In this document: positions 1 to 13,309 of the stretch, in pieces
Position numbering within the stretch: the stretch's first letter is position 1
Layout of the letters: the number at the start of each line of letters is the position of its first letter
From: Eimeria praecox
Taxonomy: Eukaryota
Direction of reading: 5' to 3'
Length of the DNA stretch: 64,000 nucleotides
NCBI GenBank assembly: GCA_963920595.1
Contig: OY986948.1
Location: 5,022,001-5,086,000 of the forward strand
Notes under the pieces: model-generated
What the model was told of the DNA's origin: nothing
Database searches by the model: none
The model's input: only the letters and a program-made list of their open reading frames with translations
Program-made: the position numbers and the translations under genes

Positions 1-3000
1 TGAGTAGAGGCTGCTGTGTGTCTAGTGGGTGTCTGGGAGGTGTTGTGGAGGGGAGAAGGGGTTGTCTAGCGTTTGGAGTTTGGGTATTGTTGGGGATGGG
101 GCAAGGCAGATGGAAGTCGGCGTTTTGGTTTGAGGCGTCAATCGCTCTGCGCCTGCGTGTGTGCGGGTTGTTCTAATTCAGGAGCCGGTGCGTGTTTGTC
201 AAGACGTGTGTACACGTGTTGCTGTGAGGGCGTGGATATTGGGAGTGTGGTCGTTAGTAGAATGATGTGTATTTGAGTGGACGCTGCTGTGTGTCTAGTG
301 GGTGTCTAGGAGGTGTTGAGGAGGGGAGAAGGGGTTGTGCAGTGTTTGGAGTTTGGGTATTGTTGGGGACAGGGCAAGGCAGGAGTAAGTCAGCGTTTTG
401 GTTTGAGGCGTCAATATCGTTGCGTCTGTGTGTGTGCGGGTTGTTCTAATTCAGGAGCAGGTGCATGTTTGTCAACACGTGTGTACACGTGTTGCTGTGA
501 GGGCGTGTATATTGGGAGTGTGGTAGTTAGTAGAATGATGTGTATTTGCGTGGACGCTGCTGTGTGTCTAGTGGGTGTCTGGGAGGTGTTGAGGAGGGGA
601 GGAGTTTTGCAGCGTTTGGAGTTTGGGAATTGTCGGGGATGGTGCAAGGCAGAAGGAAGTCAGCGTTTTGGTTTGAAACGTCAACCTTGTTGCCCCTGCG
701 TGCGTGCGGGTTGTTCTAATTCAGGAGCAGGTGCGTGTTTGTCAAGACGTGTGTACACGTGTCTCTGTGAGGGCGTGGATATTGGGAGTGTGGTAGTTAG
801 TAGAATGATGTGTATTTGCGTGGACGCTGCTGTGTGTCTAGTGGGTGTCTGGGAGGTGTTGAGGAGGGGAGAAGGGGTTGTGCAGTGTTTGGAGTTTGGG
901 TATTGTTGGGGATGGGGCAAGGCAGAGGGAAGTCAGCATTTTGGTTTGAGGCGTCAACCTCGTTGCGCCTGCGTGTGTGGAGGTTGTTCTAATTCAGGAG
1001 CAGGTGCGTGTTTGTCAACACGTGTGTACACGTGTTCGTGTGGGGGCATGGAAATTGGGAGTGTGGTAGTTAGTAGAATGATGTGTATTTGAGTGGAGGC
1101 TGCTGTGTGTCTAGTGGGTGTCTGGGAGGTGTTGTGGAGGGGAGAAGGGGCTGTCTAGGGTTTGGAGATTGGGTATTGTAGGGGATGGGGCAAGGCAGAG
1201 GGAAGTCAGCATTTTGGTTTGAGGCGTCACCCTCGTTGCGCCTGCGTGTGTGGAGGTTGTTCTAATTCAGGAGCAGGTGCGTGTTTGTCAAGACGTGTGT
1301 ACACGTGTTCGTGTGGGGGCATGGAAATTGGGAGTGTGGTAGTTAGTAGAATGATGTGTATTTGAGTGGAGGCTGCTGTGTGTCTAGTGGGTGTCTGGGA
1401 GGTGTTGTGGAGGGGAGAAGGGGCTGTCTAGGGTTTGGAGATTGGGTATTGTAGGGGATGGGGCAAGGCAGAGGGAAGTCAGCGCTTTGGTTTGAGGCCT
1501 CAGTCGTTCTGCGCCTGCGTGTGTGGAGGTTGTTCTAATTCAGGAGCCGGTGCGTGTTTGTCAACACGTGTGTACACGTGTCTCTGTGAGGGCGTGGATA
1601 TTGGGAGTGTGGTAGTTAGTAGAATGATGTGTATTTGCGTGGACGCTGCTGTGTGTCTAGTGGGTGTCTGGGAGGTGTTGTGGAGGGGAGAAGGGGTTGT
1701 GCAACGTTTGGAGTTTGGGTATTGTAGGGGATGGGGCAAGGCAGAGGGAAGTCAGCATTTTGGTTTGAGGCGTCAACCTCGTTGCGCCTGCGTGTGTGGA
1801 GGTTGTTCTAATTCAGGAGCAGGTGCGTGTTTGTCAACACGTGTGTACACGTGTTCGTGTTGGGGCATGGAAATTGGGAGTGTGGTAGTTAGTAGAATGC
1901 TGTGTATTTGAGTGGAGGCTGCTGTGTGTCTAGTGGGTGTCTGGGAGGTTTTGTGGAGGGGAGAAGGGGTTGTCTAGGGTTTGGAGTTTGGGTATTGTTG
2001 GGGATGGGGCAAGGCAGAAGGAAGTCAGCGTTTTGGTTTGAGGCGTCAATTTCGTCGCGCCTGCGTGCGTGCGGGTTGTTCTAATTCAGGAGCCGGTGCG
2101 TGTTTGTGAACACGTGTGAACACGTGTTGCTGTGAGGGCGTGGATATTGGGAGTGTGGTAGTTAGTAGAATGATGTGTATTTGCGTGGACGCTGCTGTGT
2201 GTCTAGTGGGTGTCTGGGAGGTGTTGTGGAGGGGAGAAGGGGTTGTCTAGCGTTTGGAGTTTGGGTATTGTTGGGGATGGGGCAAGGCAGAGGGAAGTCA
2301 GCGTTTTGGTTTGAGGCGTCAATTTCGTCGCGCCTGCTTGTGTGGAGGTTGTTCTAATTCAGGAGCCGGTGCGTGTCTGTCAACGCGTGTGTACACGTGT
2401 TGCTGTGAGGCCGTGGAGATTGGGAGTGTGGTAGTTAGTAGAATGATGTGTATTTGCGTGGACGCTGCTGTGTGTCTAGTGGGTGTCTGGGAGGTGTTGT
2501 GGAGGGGAGAAGGGGTTGTCTAGCGTTTGGAGTTTGGGTATTGTTGGGGAGGGGGCAAGGCAGAGGGAAGTCAGCGCTTTGGTTTGAGGCCTCAGTCGTT
2601 CTGCGCCTGCGTGTGTGGGGGTTGTTCTAATTCAGGAGCCGGTGCGTGTTTGTCAAGACGTGTGTACACGTGTCTCTGTGAGGGCGTGGATATTGGGAGT
2701 GTGGTAGTTAGTAGAATGATGTGTATTTGCGTGGACGCTGCTGTGTGTCTAGTGGGTGTCTGGGAGGTGTTGTGGAGGGGAGAAGGGGTTGTGCAACGTT
2801 TGGAGTTTGGGTATTGTAGGGGATGGGGCAAGGCAGAGGGAAGTCAGCATTTTGGTTTGAGGCGTCAACCTCGTTGCGCCTGCGTGTGTGGAGGTTGTTC
2901 TAATTCAGGAGCAGGTGCGTGTTTGTCAACACGTGTGTACACGTGTTCGTGTGGGGGCATGGAAATTGGGAGTGTGGTAGTTAGTAGAATGATGTGTATT

Positions 3001-6000
3001 TGAGTGGAGGCTGCTGTGTGTCTAGTGGGTGTCTGGGAGGTTTTGTGGAGGGGAGAAGGGGTTGTCTAGGGTTTGGAGTTTGGGTATTGTTGGGGATGGG
3101 GCAAGGCAGAGGGAAGTCAGCGTTTTGGTTTGAGGCGTCAATTTCGTCGCGCCTGCGTGCGTGCGGGTTGTTCTAATTCAGGAGCCGGTGCGTGTTTGTC
3201 AACGCGTGTGTACACGTGTTGCTGTGAGGGCGTGGATATTGGGAGTGTGGTAGTTAGTAGAATGATGTGTATTTGCGTGGACGCTGCTGTGTGTCTAGTG
3301 GGTGTCTGGGAGGTGTTGTGGAGGGGAGAAGGGGTTGTCTAGCGTTTGGAGTTTGGGTATTGTTGGGGATGGGGCAAGGCAGAGGGAAGTCAGCGTTTTG
3401 GTTTGAGGCGTCAATTTCGTCGCGCCTGCTTGTGTGGAGGTTGTTCTAATTCAGGAGCCGGTGCGTGTTTGTCAACACGTGTGTACACGTGTTGTTGTTT
3501 GGGCGTGGATATTGGGAGTGTGGTAGTTAGTAGAATGTTGTGTATTTGAGTGGAGGCTGCTGTGTGTCTAGTGGGTGTCTAGGAGGTGTTGCGGAAAGGC
3601 AAAGGTGTTGTGCAGTGTTTGGAGTTTGGGTATTGTTGGGGATGGGGCAAAGCAGAGGGAAGTCGGCGTTTTGGTTTGAGGGGTCAATCGCTCTGCGCCT
3701 TCGTGTGTGCGGGTTGTTCTAATTCAGGAGCCGGTGCGTGTTTGTCAACACGTGTGTACACGTGTTGCTGTGAGGGCGTGGATATTGGGAGTGTGGTAGT
3801 TAGTAGAATGATGTGTATTTGAGTGGAGGCTGCTGTGTGTCTAGTGGGTGTCTGGGAGGTGTTGTGGAGGGGAGAAGGGGTTGTCTAGTGTTTGGAGTTT
3901 GGGTATTGTTGGGGATGGGGCAAGGCAGAGGGAAGTCAGCGTTTTGGTTTGAGGCGTCAGTCGTTCTGCGCCTGCGTGCGTGCGGGTTGTTCTAATTCAG
4001 GAGCCGGTGCGTGTTTGTCAACACGTGTGTACACGTCTCTGTGAAGGGCGTGGATATTGGGAGTGTGGTAGTTAGTAGAATGATGTGTATTTGAGTGAAG
4101 GCTGCTGTGTGTCTAGTGGGTGTGTGGGAGGTGTTGCGGAGGGGAGAAGGGGTTGTGCAGTGTTTGGAGTTTGGGTATTGTTGGGGATGGGGCAAGGCAG
4201 ATGGAAGTCAGCGTTTTGGTTTGAGGCGTCAATTTCGTCGCGCCTGCGTGCGTGCGGGTTGTTCTAATTCAGGAGCCGGTGCGTGTTTGTCAACACGTGT
4301 GTACACGTGTTCCTGCGAGGGCGTGGATATTGGGAGTGTGGTAGTTAGTAGAATGATGTGTATTTGAGTGGACGCTGCTGTGTGTCTAGTGGGTGTCTGG
4401 GAGGTGTTGTGGAGGGGAGAAGGGGCTGTCTAGGGTTTGGAGATTGGGTATTGTAGGGGATGGGGCAAGGCAGAGGGAAGTCAGCATTTTGGTTTGAGGC
4501 GTCACCCTCGTTGCGCCTGCGTGTGTGGAGGTTGTTCTAATTCAGGAGCAGGTGCGTGTTTGTCAAGACGTGTGTACACGTGTTCGTGTGGGGGCATGGA
4601 AATTGGGAGTGTGGTAGTTAGTAGAATGATGTGTATTTGCGTGGACGCTGCTGTGTGTCTAGTGGGTGTCTGGGAGGTGTTGTGGAGGGGAGAAGGGGTT
4701 GTCTAGGGTTTGGAGTTTGGGTATTGTTGGGGATGGTGCAAGGCAGAGGGAAGTCAGCATTTTGGTTTGAGGCGTCAATTTCGTCGCCCCTGCGTGCGTG
4801 CCTGTTGTTCTAATTCAGGAGCAGGTGCGTGTTTGTCAACACGTGTGTACACGTGTTGCTGTGAGGGCGTGGATATTGGGAGTGTGGTAGTTAGTAGAAT
4901 GATGTGTATTTGAGTGGACGCTGCTGTGTGTCTAGTGGGTGTGTGGGAGGTGTTGCGGAGGGGAGAAGGGGTTGTGCAGTGTTTGGAGTTTGGGTATTGT
5001 TGGGGATGGTGCAAGGCAGAGGGGAGTCGGCGTTTTGGTTTGAGGCGCCAATCTCGTTGCGCCTGCGTGTGTGGGGGTTGTTCTAATTCAGGAGCCGGTG
5101 CGTGTTTGTGAACACGTGTGAACACGTGTTGCTGTGAGGGCGTGGATATTGGGAGTGTGGTAGTTAGTAGAATGATGTGTATTTGAGTGGACGCTGCTGT
5201 GTGTCTAGTGGGTGTCTGGGAGGTGTTGAGGAGGGGAGGAGTTTTGCAGCGTTTGGAGTTTGGGTATTGTTGGGGATGGTGCAAGGCAGAAGGAAGTCAG
5301 CGTTTTGGTTTGAAACGTCAACCTTGTTGCCCCTGCGTGCGTGCGGGTTGTTCTAATTCAGGAGCAGGTGCGTGTTTGTCAACACGTGTGTACACGTGTT
5401 GCTGTGAGGGCGTGTATATTGGGAGTGTGGTAGTTAGTAGAATGATGTGTATTTGCGTGGACGCTGCTGTGTGTCTAGTGGGTGTCTGGGAGGTGTTGAG
5501 GAGGGGAGAAGGGGTTGTGCAGTGTTTGGAGTTTGGGTATTGTTGGGGATGGGGCAAGGCAGAGGGAAGTCAGCGTTTTGGTTTGAGGCGTCAATCTCGT
5601 TGCGCCTGCGTGTGTGCGGGTTGTTCTAATTCAGGAGCCGGTGCGTGTTTGTCAACACGTGTGTACACGTGTCTCTGTGAGGGCGTGGATATTGGGAGTG
5701 TGGTAGTTAGTAGAATGATGTGTATTTGAGTGGAGGCTGCTGTGTGTCTAGTGGGTGTCTAGGAGGTGTTGAGGAGGGGAGAAGGGGTTGTGCAGTGTTT
5801 GGAGTTTGGGTATTGTTGGGGACAGGGCAAGGCAGGAGTAAGTCAGCGTTTTGGTTTGAGGCGTCAACCTCGTTGCGCCTGCGTGTGTGGGGGTTGTTCT
5901 AATTCAGGAGCCGGTGCGTGTTTGTCAACACGTGTGTACACGTCTGTGTGAAGGGCGTGGATATTGGGAGTGTGGTAGTTAGTAGAATGATGTGTATTTG

Positions 6001-9000
6001 AGTGAAGGCTGCTGTGTGTCTAGTGGGTGTCTGGGAGGTGTTGTGGAGGGGAGAAGGGGTTGTCTAGTGTTTGGAGTTTGGGTATTGTTGGGGATGGGGC
6101 AAGGCAGAGCGAAGACGGCGTTTTGGTTTAAGGCCTCAGTCGTTCTGCGCCTGCGTGTGTGGAGGTTGTTCTAATTCAGAAGCAGGTGCGTGTTTGTCAA
6201 CACGTGTGTACACGTGTTGCTGTGAGGGCGTGGATATTGGGAGTGTGGTAGTTAGTAGAATGATGTGTATTTGAGTGGACGCTGCTGTGTGTCTAGTGGG
6301 TGTCTGGGAGGCGTTATGGAGGGGCGAAGGGGTTGTGCAACGTTTGGAGTTTGGGTATTGTTGGTGATGGGGCAAGGCAGAGGGACGTCGGCGTTTTGGT
6401 TTGAGGCGTCAATTTCGTCGCGCCTGCGTGCGTGCGGGTTGTTCTAATTCAGGAGCAGGTGCGTGTTTGTCAACACGTGTGTACACGTGTTCGTGTTGGG
6501 GCGTGGATATTGGGAGTGTGGTAGTTAGTAGAATGATGTGTATTTGCGTGGACGCTGCTGTGTGTCTAGTGGGTGTCTGGGAGGTGTTGTGGAGGGGAGA
6601 AGGGTTTGTGCAGTGTTTGGAGTTTGGGTATTGTTGGGGATGGGGCAAGGCAGAAGGAAGACGGCCTTTTGGTTTGAGGCGTCAATCGTTCTGCGCCTGC
6701 GTGTGTGGAGGTTGTTCTAATTCAGGAGCCGGTGCGTGTTTGTCAACACGTGTGTACACGTGTTGCTGTGAGGGCGTGGATATTGGGCGTGTGGTAGTTA
6801 GTAGAATGATGTGTATTTGCGTGGACGCTGCTGTGTGTCTAGTGGGTGTCTGGGAGGTTTTGTGGAGGGGAGAAGGGGCTGTCTAGGGTTTGGAGTTTGG
6901 GTATTGTTGGGGATGGGGCAAGGCAGAGGGAAGTCGGCGTTCTGGTTTGAGGCGTCAATCGTTCTGCGCCTGCGTGTGTGCGGGTTGTTCTAATTCAGAA
7001 GCCGTTGCGTGTTTGTCAACACGTGTGTACACGTCTCTGTGAAGGGCGTGGATATTGGGAGTGTGGTAGTTAGTAGAATGATGTGTATTTGAGTGGACGC
7101 TGCTGTGTGTCTAGTGGGTGTCTGGGAGGTGTTGTGGAGGGGAGAAGGGGTTGTGCAGTGTTTGGAGTTTGGGTATTGTTGGGGATGGGGCAAGGCAGAA
7201 GGAAGTCAGCGTTTTGGTTTGAGGCCTCAGTCGTTCTGCGCCTGCGTGTGTGGGGGTTGTTCTAATTCAGGAGCCGGTGCGTGTTTGTCAACACGTGTGT
7301 ACACGTGTTGTTGTTTTTGCGTGGATATTGGGAGTGTGGTAGTTAGTAGAATGATGTGTATTTGCGTGGACGCTGCTGTGTGTCTAGTGGGTGTCTGGGA
7401 GGTGTTGTGGAGGGGAGAAGGGGTTGTGCAGTGTTTGGAGTTTGGGTATTGTTGGGGATGGGGCAAGGCAGATGGAAGTCAGCGTTTTGGTTTGAGGCGT
7501 CAATTTCGTCGCGCCTGCGTGCGTGCGGGTTGTTCTAATTCAGGAGCCGGTGCGTGTTTGTCAAGACGTGTGTACACGTGTTCCTGCGAGGGCGTGGATA
7601 TTGGGAGTGTGGTAGTTAGTAGAATGATGTGTATTTGAGTGGACGCTGCTGTGTGTCTAGTGGGTGTCTGGGAGGTGTTGTGGAGGGGAGAAGGGGCTGT
7701 CTAGGGTTTGGAGATTGGGTATTGTAGGGGATGGGGCAAGGCAGAGGGAAGTCAGCATTTTGGTTTGAGGCGTCACCCTCGTTGCGCCTGCGTGTGTGGA
7801 GGTTGTTCTAATTCAGGAGCAGGTGCGTGTTTGTCAAGACGTGTGTACACGTGTTCGTGTGGGGGCGTGGATATTGGGAGTGTGGTAGTTAGTAGAATGA
7901 TGTGTATTTGAGTGGAGGCTGCTGTGTGTCTAGTGGGTGTCTGGGAGGTGTTGAGGAGGGGAGAAGGGGTTGTGCAGTGTTTTGAGTTTGGGTATTGTTG
8001 GGGATGGGGCAAGGCAGAAAGAAGTCAGCGTTTTGGTTTGAGGCGTCAATTTCGTCGCGCCTGCGTGCGTGCGGGTTGTTCTAATTCAGGAGCCGGTGCG
8101 TGTTTGTCAACACGTGTGTACACGTGTTCCTGCGAGGGCGTGGATATTGGGAGTGTGGTAGTTAGTAGAATGATGTGTATTTGAGTGGAGGCTGCTGTGT
8201 GTCTAGTGGGTGTCTGGGAGGTGTTGTGGAGGGGAGAAGGGGCTGTCTAGGGTTTGGAGTTTGGGTATTGTTGGGGATGGGGCAAGGCTGAGGGAAGTCA
8301 GCATTTTGGTTTGAGGCGTCAACCTCGTTGCGCCTGCGTGTGTGGAGGTTGTTCTAATTCAGGAGCAGGTGCGTGTTTGTCAAGACGTGTGTACACGTGT
8401 TCGTGTGGGGGCATGGAAATTGGGCGTGTGGTAGTTAGTAGAATGATGTGTATGTGCGTGGACGCTGCTGTGTGTCTAGTGGGTGTCTGGGAGGTGTTGT
8501 GGAGGGGAGAAGGGGTTGTGCAGTGTTTGGAGTTTGGGTATTGTTGGCGATGGGGCAAGGCAGAGGGAAGTCGGCGTTTTGGTTTGAGGCGTCAATCGTT
8601 CTGCGCCTGCGTGTGTGGGGGTTGTTCTAATTCAGGAGCCGTTGCGTGTTTGTCAACACGTGTGTACACGTCTGTGTGAAGGGCGTGGATATTGGGAGTG
8701 TGGTAGTTAGTAGAATGATGTGTATTTGAGTGGACGCTGCTGTGTGTCTAGTGGGTGTCTGGGAGGCGTTGTGGAGGGGCGAAGGGGTTGTGCAGTGTTT
8801 GGAGTTTGGGTATTGTTGGGGATGGGGCAAGGCAGATGGAAGTCAGCGTTTTGGTTTGAGGCCTCAGTCGTTCTGCGCCTGCGTGTGTGGGGGTTGTTCT
8901 AATTCAGGAGCCGGTGCGTGTTTGTCAACACGTGTGTACACGTGTCTCTGTGAAGGCATGGATATTGGGAGTGTGGTAGTTAGTAGAATGATGTGTATTT

Positions 9001-11700
9001 GCGTGGACGCTGCTGTGTGTCTAGTGGGTGTCTGGGAGGTGTTGTGGAGGGGAGAAGGGGTTGTGCAGTGTTTGGAGTTTGGGTATTGTTGGGGATGGGG
9101 CAAGGCAGAGGGAAGTCGGCGTTTTGGTTTGAGGCGTCAATTTCGTCGCGCCTGCGTGCGTGCGGGTTGTTCTAATTCAGGAGCCGTTGCGTGTTTGTCA
9201 ACACTTGTGTACACGTGTTCCTGCGAGGGCGTGGATATTGGGAGTGTGGTAGTTAGTAGAATGATGTGTATTTGCGTGGACGCTGCTGTGTGTCTAGTGG
9301 GTGTCTGGGAGGTGTTGTGGAGGGGAGAAGGGGTTGTGCAGCGTTTGGAGTTTGGGTATTGTAGGGGATGGGGCAAGGCAGAGGGAAGTCAGCATTTTGG
9401 TTTGAGGCGTCAACCTCGTTGCGCCTGCGTGTGTGGAGGTTGTTCTAATTCAGGAGCAGGTGCGTGTTTGTCAAGACATGTGTACACGTGTTCGTGTGGG
9501 GGCATGGAAATTGGGAGTGTGGTAGTTAGTAGAATGATGTGTATTTGAGTGGACGCTGCTGTGTGTCTAGTGGGTGTCTGGGAGGCGTTGTGGAGGGGAG
9601 AAGGGGTTGTGCAACGTTTTGAGTTTGGGTATTGTTGGGGATGGGGCAAGGCAGAGGGAAGTCGGCGTTTTGGTTTGAGGCGTCAATCGTTCTGCGCCTG
9701 CGTGTGTGCGGGTTGTTCTAATTCAGAAGCCGTTGCGTGTTTGTCAACACGTGTGTACACGTCTCTGTGAAGGGCGTGGATATTGGGAGTGTGGTAGTTA
9801 GTAGAATGATGTGTATTTGAGTGGACGCTGCTGTGTGTCTAGTGGGTGTCTGGGAGGTGTTGAGGAGGGGAGAAGGGGTTGTGCAGGGTTTGGAGTTTGG
9901 GTATTGTTGGGGATGGGGCAAGGCAGAGGGAAGACGGCGTTTTGGTTTAAGGCGTCAATCGTTCTGCGCCTGCGTGTGTGGAGGTTGTTTTAATTCAGGA
10001 GCCGGTGCGTGTTTGTCAACACGTGTGTACACGTGTTGCTGTGAGGGCGTGGATATTGGGAGTGTGGTCGTTAGTAGAATGATGTGTATTTGAGTGGAGG
10101 CTGCTGTGTGTCTAGTGGGTGTCTGGGAGGCGTTGTGGAGGGGCGAAGGGGTTGTGCAACGTTTTGAGTTTGGGTATTGTTGGGGATGGGGCAAGGCAGA
10201 GGGAAGTCGGCGTTTTGGTTTGAGGCGTCAATCGTTCTGCGCCTGCGTGTGTGGAGGTTGTTCTAATTCAGAAGCCGTTGCGTGTTTGTCAACACGTGTG
10301 TACACGTCTCTGTGAAGGGCGTGGATATTGGGAGTGTGGTAGTTAGTAGAATGATGTGTATTTGAGTGGACGCTGCTGTGTGTCTAGTGGGTGTCTGGGA
10401 GGTGTTGTGGAGGGGAGAAGGGGCTGTCTAGGGTTTGGAGTTTGGGTATTGTTGGGGATGGGGCAAGGCAGAGGGAAGTCAGCGTTTTGGTTTGAGGCGT
10501 CAATTTCGTTGCGCCTGCTTGTGTGGAGGTTGTTCTAATTCAGGAGCCGGTGCGTGTTTGTCAACGCGTGTGTACACGTGTTGCTGTGAAGGCGTGGAGA
10601 TTGGGAGTGTGGTAGTTAGTAGAATGATGTGTATTTGAGTGGACGCTGCTGCGTGTCTAGTGGGTGTCTGGGAGGTGTTGTGGAGGGGAGAAGGGGCTGT
10701 CTAGGGTTTGGAGTTTGGGTATTGTAGGGGATGGGGCAAGGCTGAGGGAAGTCAGCGTTTTGGTTTGAGGCGTCAATTTCGTCGCGCCTGCTTGTGTGGA
10801 GGTTGTTCTAATTCAGGAGCCGGTGCGTGTCTGTGAACACGTGTGTACACGCGTTCCTGTGAGGGCGTGGATATTGGGAGTGTGGTAGTTAGTAGAATGA
10901 TGTGTATTTGAGTGGACGCTGCTGTGTGTCTAGTGGGTGTCTGGGAGGTGTTGTGGAGGGGAGAAGGGGTTGTGCAGTGTTTGGAGTTTGGGTATTGTTG
11001 GGGATGGGGCAAGGCAGAGGGAAGTCAGCAATTTGGTTTGGGGCGCCAATCGTTCTGCGCCTGCGTGCGTGTGGGTTGTTCTAATTCAGAAGCAGGTGCG
11101 TGTTTGTCAACACCTGGGTACACGTGTTGCTGTGAGGGCGTGGGTATTGGGAGTGTGGTAGTTAGTAGAATGATGTGTATTTGAGTGGACGTTGCTGTGT
11201 GTCTAGTGGGTGTCTGGGAGGTGTTGTGGAGGGGAGAAGGGGCTGTCTAGGGTTTGGAGTTTGGGTATTGTTGGTGATGGGGCAAGGCAGAGGGAAGTCA
11301 GCGTTTTGGTTTGAGGCGTCAGTCGTTCTGCGCCTGCGTGTGTGGAGGTTGTTCTAATTCAGGAGCCGGTGCATGTTTGTCAACACGTGTGTACACGTCT
11401 CTGTGAAGGGCGTGGATATTGGGAGTGTGGTAGTTAGGAGACTGATGTGTATTTGAGTGGGAGGTGCTGTGTGTCTAATGGGTGTGTGGAAGGTGTTGAG
11501 GAGGGGAGAAGGCAGCGTTAGGAGTTTGGGTATTGTTGGGGATGGGGCAAGGCTGAGGGAAGTCGGCGTTTTGGTTTGAGGCGTCAATTTCGTTGCGCGT
11601 GTGTGTGTGTGTGTGAGTGTTTGTGTGTGGGGGTGTTGGTGCAATTGAGAAGCCTGTACGTTGTGTAACCCTATGTGCACAGCTCGTGTTTCGGGGGGTC
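1..11700. repeat. 273-bp tandem satellite, ~42 full copies plus one degenerate terminal copy; the array continues beyond the window start
   Basis: Unit starts (TGAGTGGA/TGCGTGGA) at 1, 274, 547, 817, 1090, 1363 ... 11182, 11454. Most units are 273 bp, with recurrent 272-bp and 270-bp variants. The + strand is strongly G/T-rich. The last unit decays through a (GT)n run near 11598-11630. Confidence 0.98.
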
Positions 11701-13309
11701 CTGTCGGTAATGCGATTGTAGGCTCCATGGTGTGTCCATGTATGCAAACAACTGTGATTTTAGATGTTTTTAGTGATGTTCTAAATTGTCCTGCGCATGC
11801 GGTTGTGTTATTATCGCAGCGGCGTCGCGAAGTTTGCAGTTCTGTAGTGGCGTGTAGCTTGCTGAGTCGGTAATAGCCTTTTTAGTACGGGCTTTCAAAG
11901 AATATGCATTCATTAGGCACTGGATAGGGGTGCCGTTTGCGTTGCACCAGTAATTTATCGTCTTTTCGCCTATTCGGGTATCCTTCCGGCGAAGCGTTTG
12001 TGCATCACGGTTCATATTCGCAAACGTGTGGCGCACGTTTGCCAGCACGTGTGTAAAATAGGTTGCAAGAGCAAACACATGAGTTTTCTTAAGCATTTTG
12101 CTCTTTTGCTTGAACACGTAAACAGTAGCTACGTATGCAGAACAGCTGTATGGACTCTGGCTTGCGCATTCAGCTGCGTGTTTAGAGTGGCGGGCATGCC
12201 ACGCTTGGTGTTATGCACTTCGATGCAGCCTGCCGCGTGATGAGCTGGCATTGTTAGCGCAGGTCTGCCGACAGTTCACACAGGCTACGTGTTGGGCGTG
12301 AGTGGCGCTCGGAGTTTTAACTGCATCTGCTCGTATCTGTCCGACAAAACTGTCGTTCCCCACGGCCTAAATCCAAAACGTGGTGCTTGATTGCCAAGAC
12401 GCTCTGGGAAATATATGTGAGCGTATGCATATGCGGAGTTGGCGTTCTAGTAGATCCATCGCACGGCACGTTGGACTTTGATGTAATCATGGGCCAGGCA
12501 AGTGTTGTAGGGCAGGTGTGTATTCGCCACCTGACGCCTGCAGCATTATTTTGACTGTGGAGAAAGTGAGGCCCAAGCAGGACAACTCTAGGGATGCTGG
12601 CTTGCGCGTGCAACTGTTGATTTAGTTTGGCAGGCGTTCTACGCTTGATGCTTTGCTCTTGGATGCACGGCGACGTGCCGTTAGTGTGTTTGGCTAGAGC
12701 GGGCTTGTCGATAGTGGGTACAGGGTAGGTGTTGGGCTTGAGTAGTGCCCCCAGATGCATCAGGGCATGGCCATCTCGTTGACTTATCTTTCCTGCGAAG
12801 GTCCTATGTGGCACGGTTTAAATCCAGCAGCTGGTGCGTGATTGCGAACTTCCCATTGTCTAGTTATACATATGGCCGATGGGTAGAGGCTGAGAACAGA
12901 CAGGTTCCTGGCGCCAGCACACTGATCTTACCAGTGCGTTGTTAGCGGTGCTAGATTGGCACCAAGGCAGGCTCTAGCAGTCTCTGGCCAGCGTATACAC
13001 CAGCCCTGGAAATTACAGTCCTACTTGACAAATGTCTGTGCGCCTTAGGATGTGCGTTAGTAATTATGAAGCCTTCCTCCTCCACCAGTAACCTGTCTAA
13101 CGATCAGGAGCTAGAATAGAGGATTTCACGTGGTGGTATCATTTTGCAAATTCATACCACCTGACGCGCCAGCCTTACACCAGAGATTAGCATAGCCTTG
13201 AGCGGCCTGGTGCCTATATTGCTTGCCTAAACGCGCGCACTGCGGTGCGAAGCAGGCACCTGTAAAGATTTGGGGAGCAACTGCGAGCAATTCAGCAGCC
13301 GCAGATTGA

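Noticed and set aside
73..11357. Dozens of Cys/Gly-rich and His/Thr/Pro-rich ORFs
   Set aside because: They are translations of the 273-bp satellite, with frequent stops, frame-breaking 272-bp units and ORFs in several overlapping frames.
1..11700. CRISPR-like array of palindromic repeats
   Set aside because: The whole monomer repeats, there are no unique spacers and no cas genes, and the context is eukaryotic.
12021..12041. CAAACGTG-N5-CACGTTTG dyad resembling the satellite palindrome
   Set aside because: Only 8-bp arms, and the surrounding sequence does not clearly align to the monomer; it could be chance.
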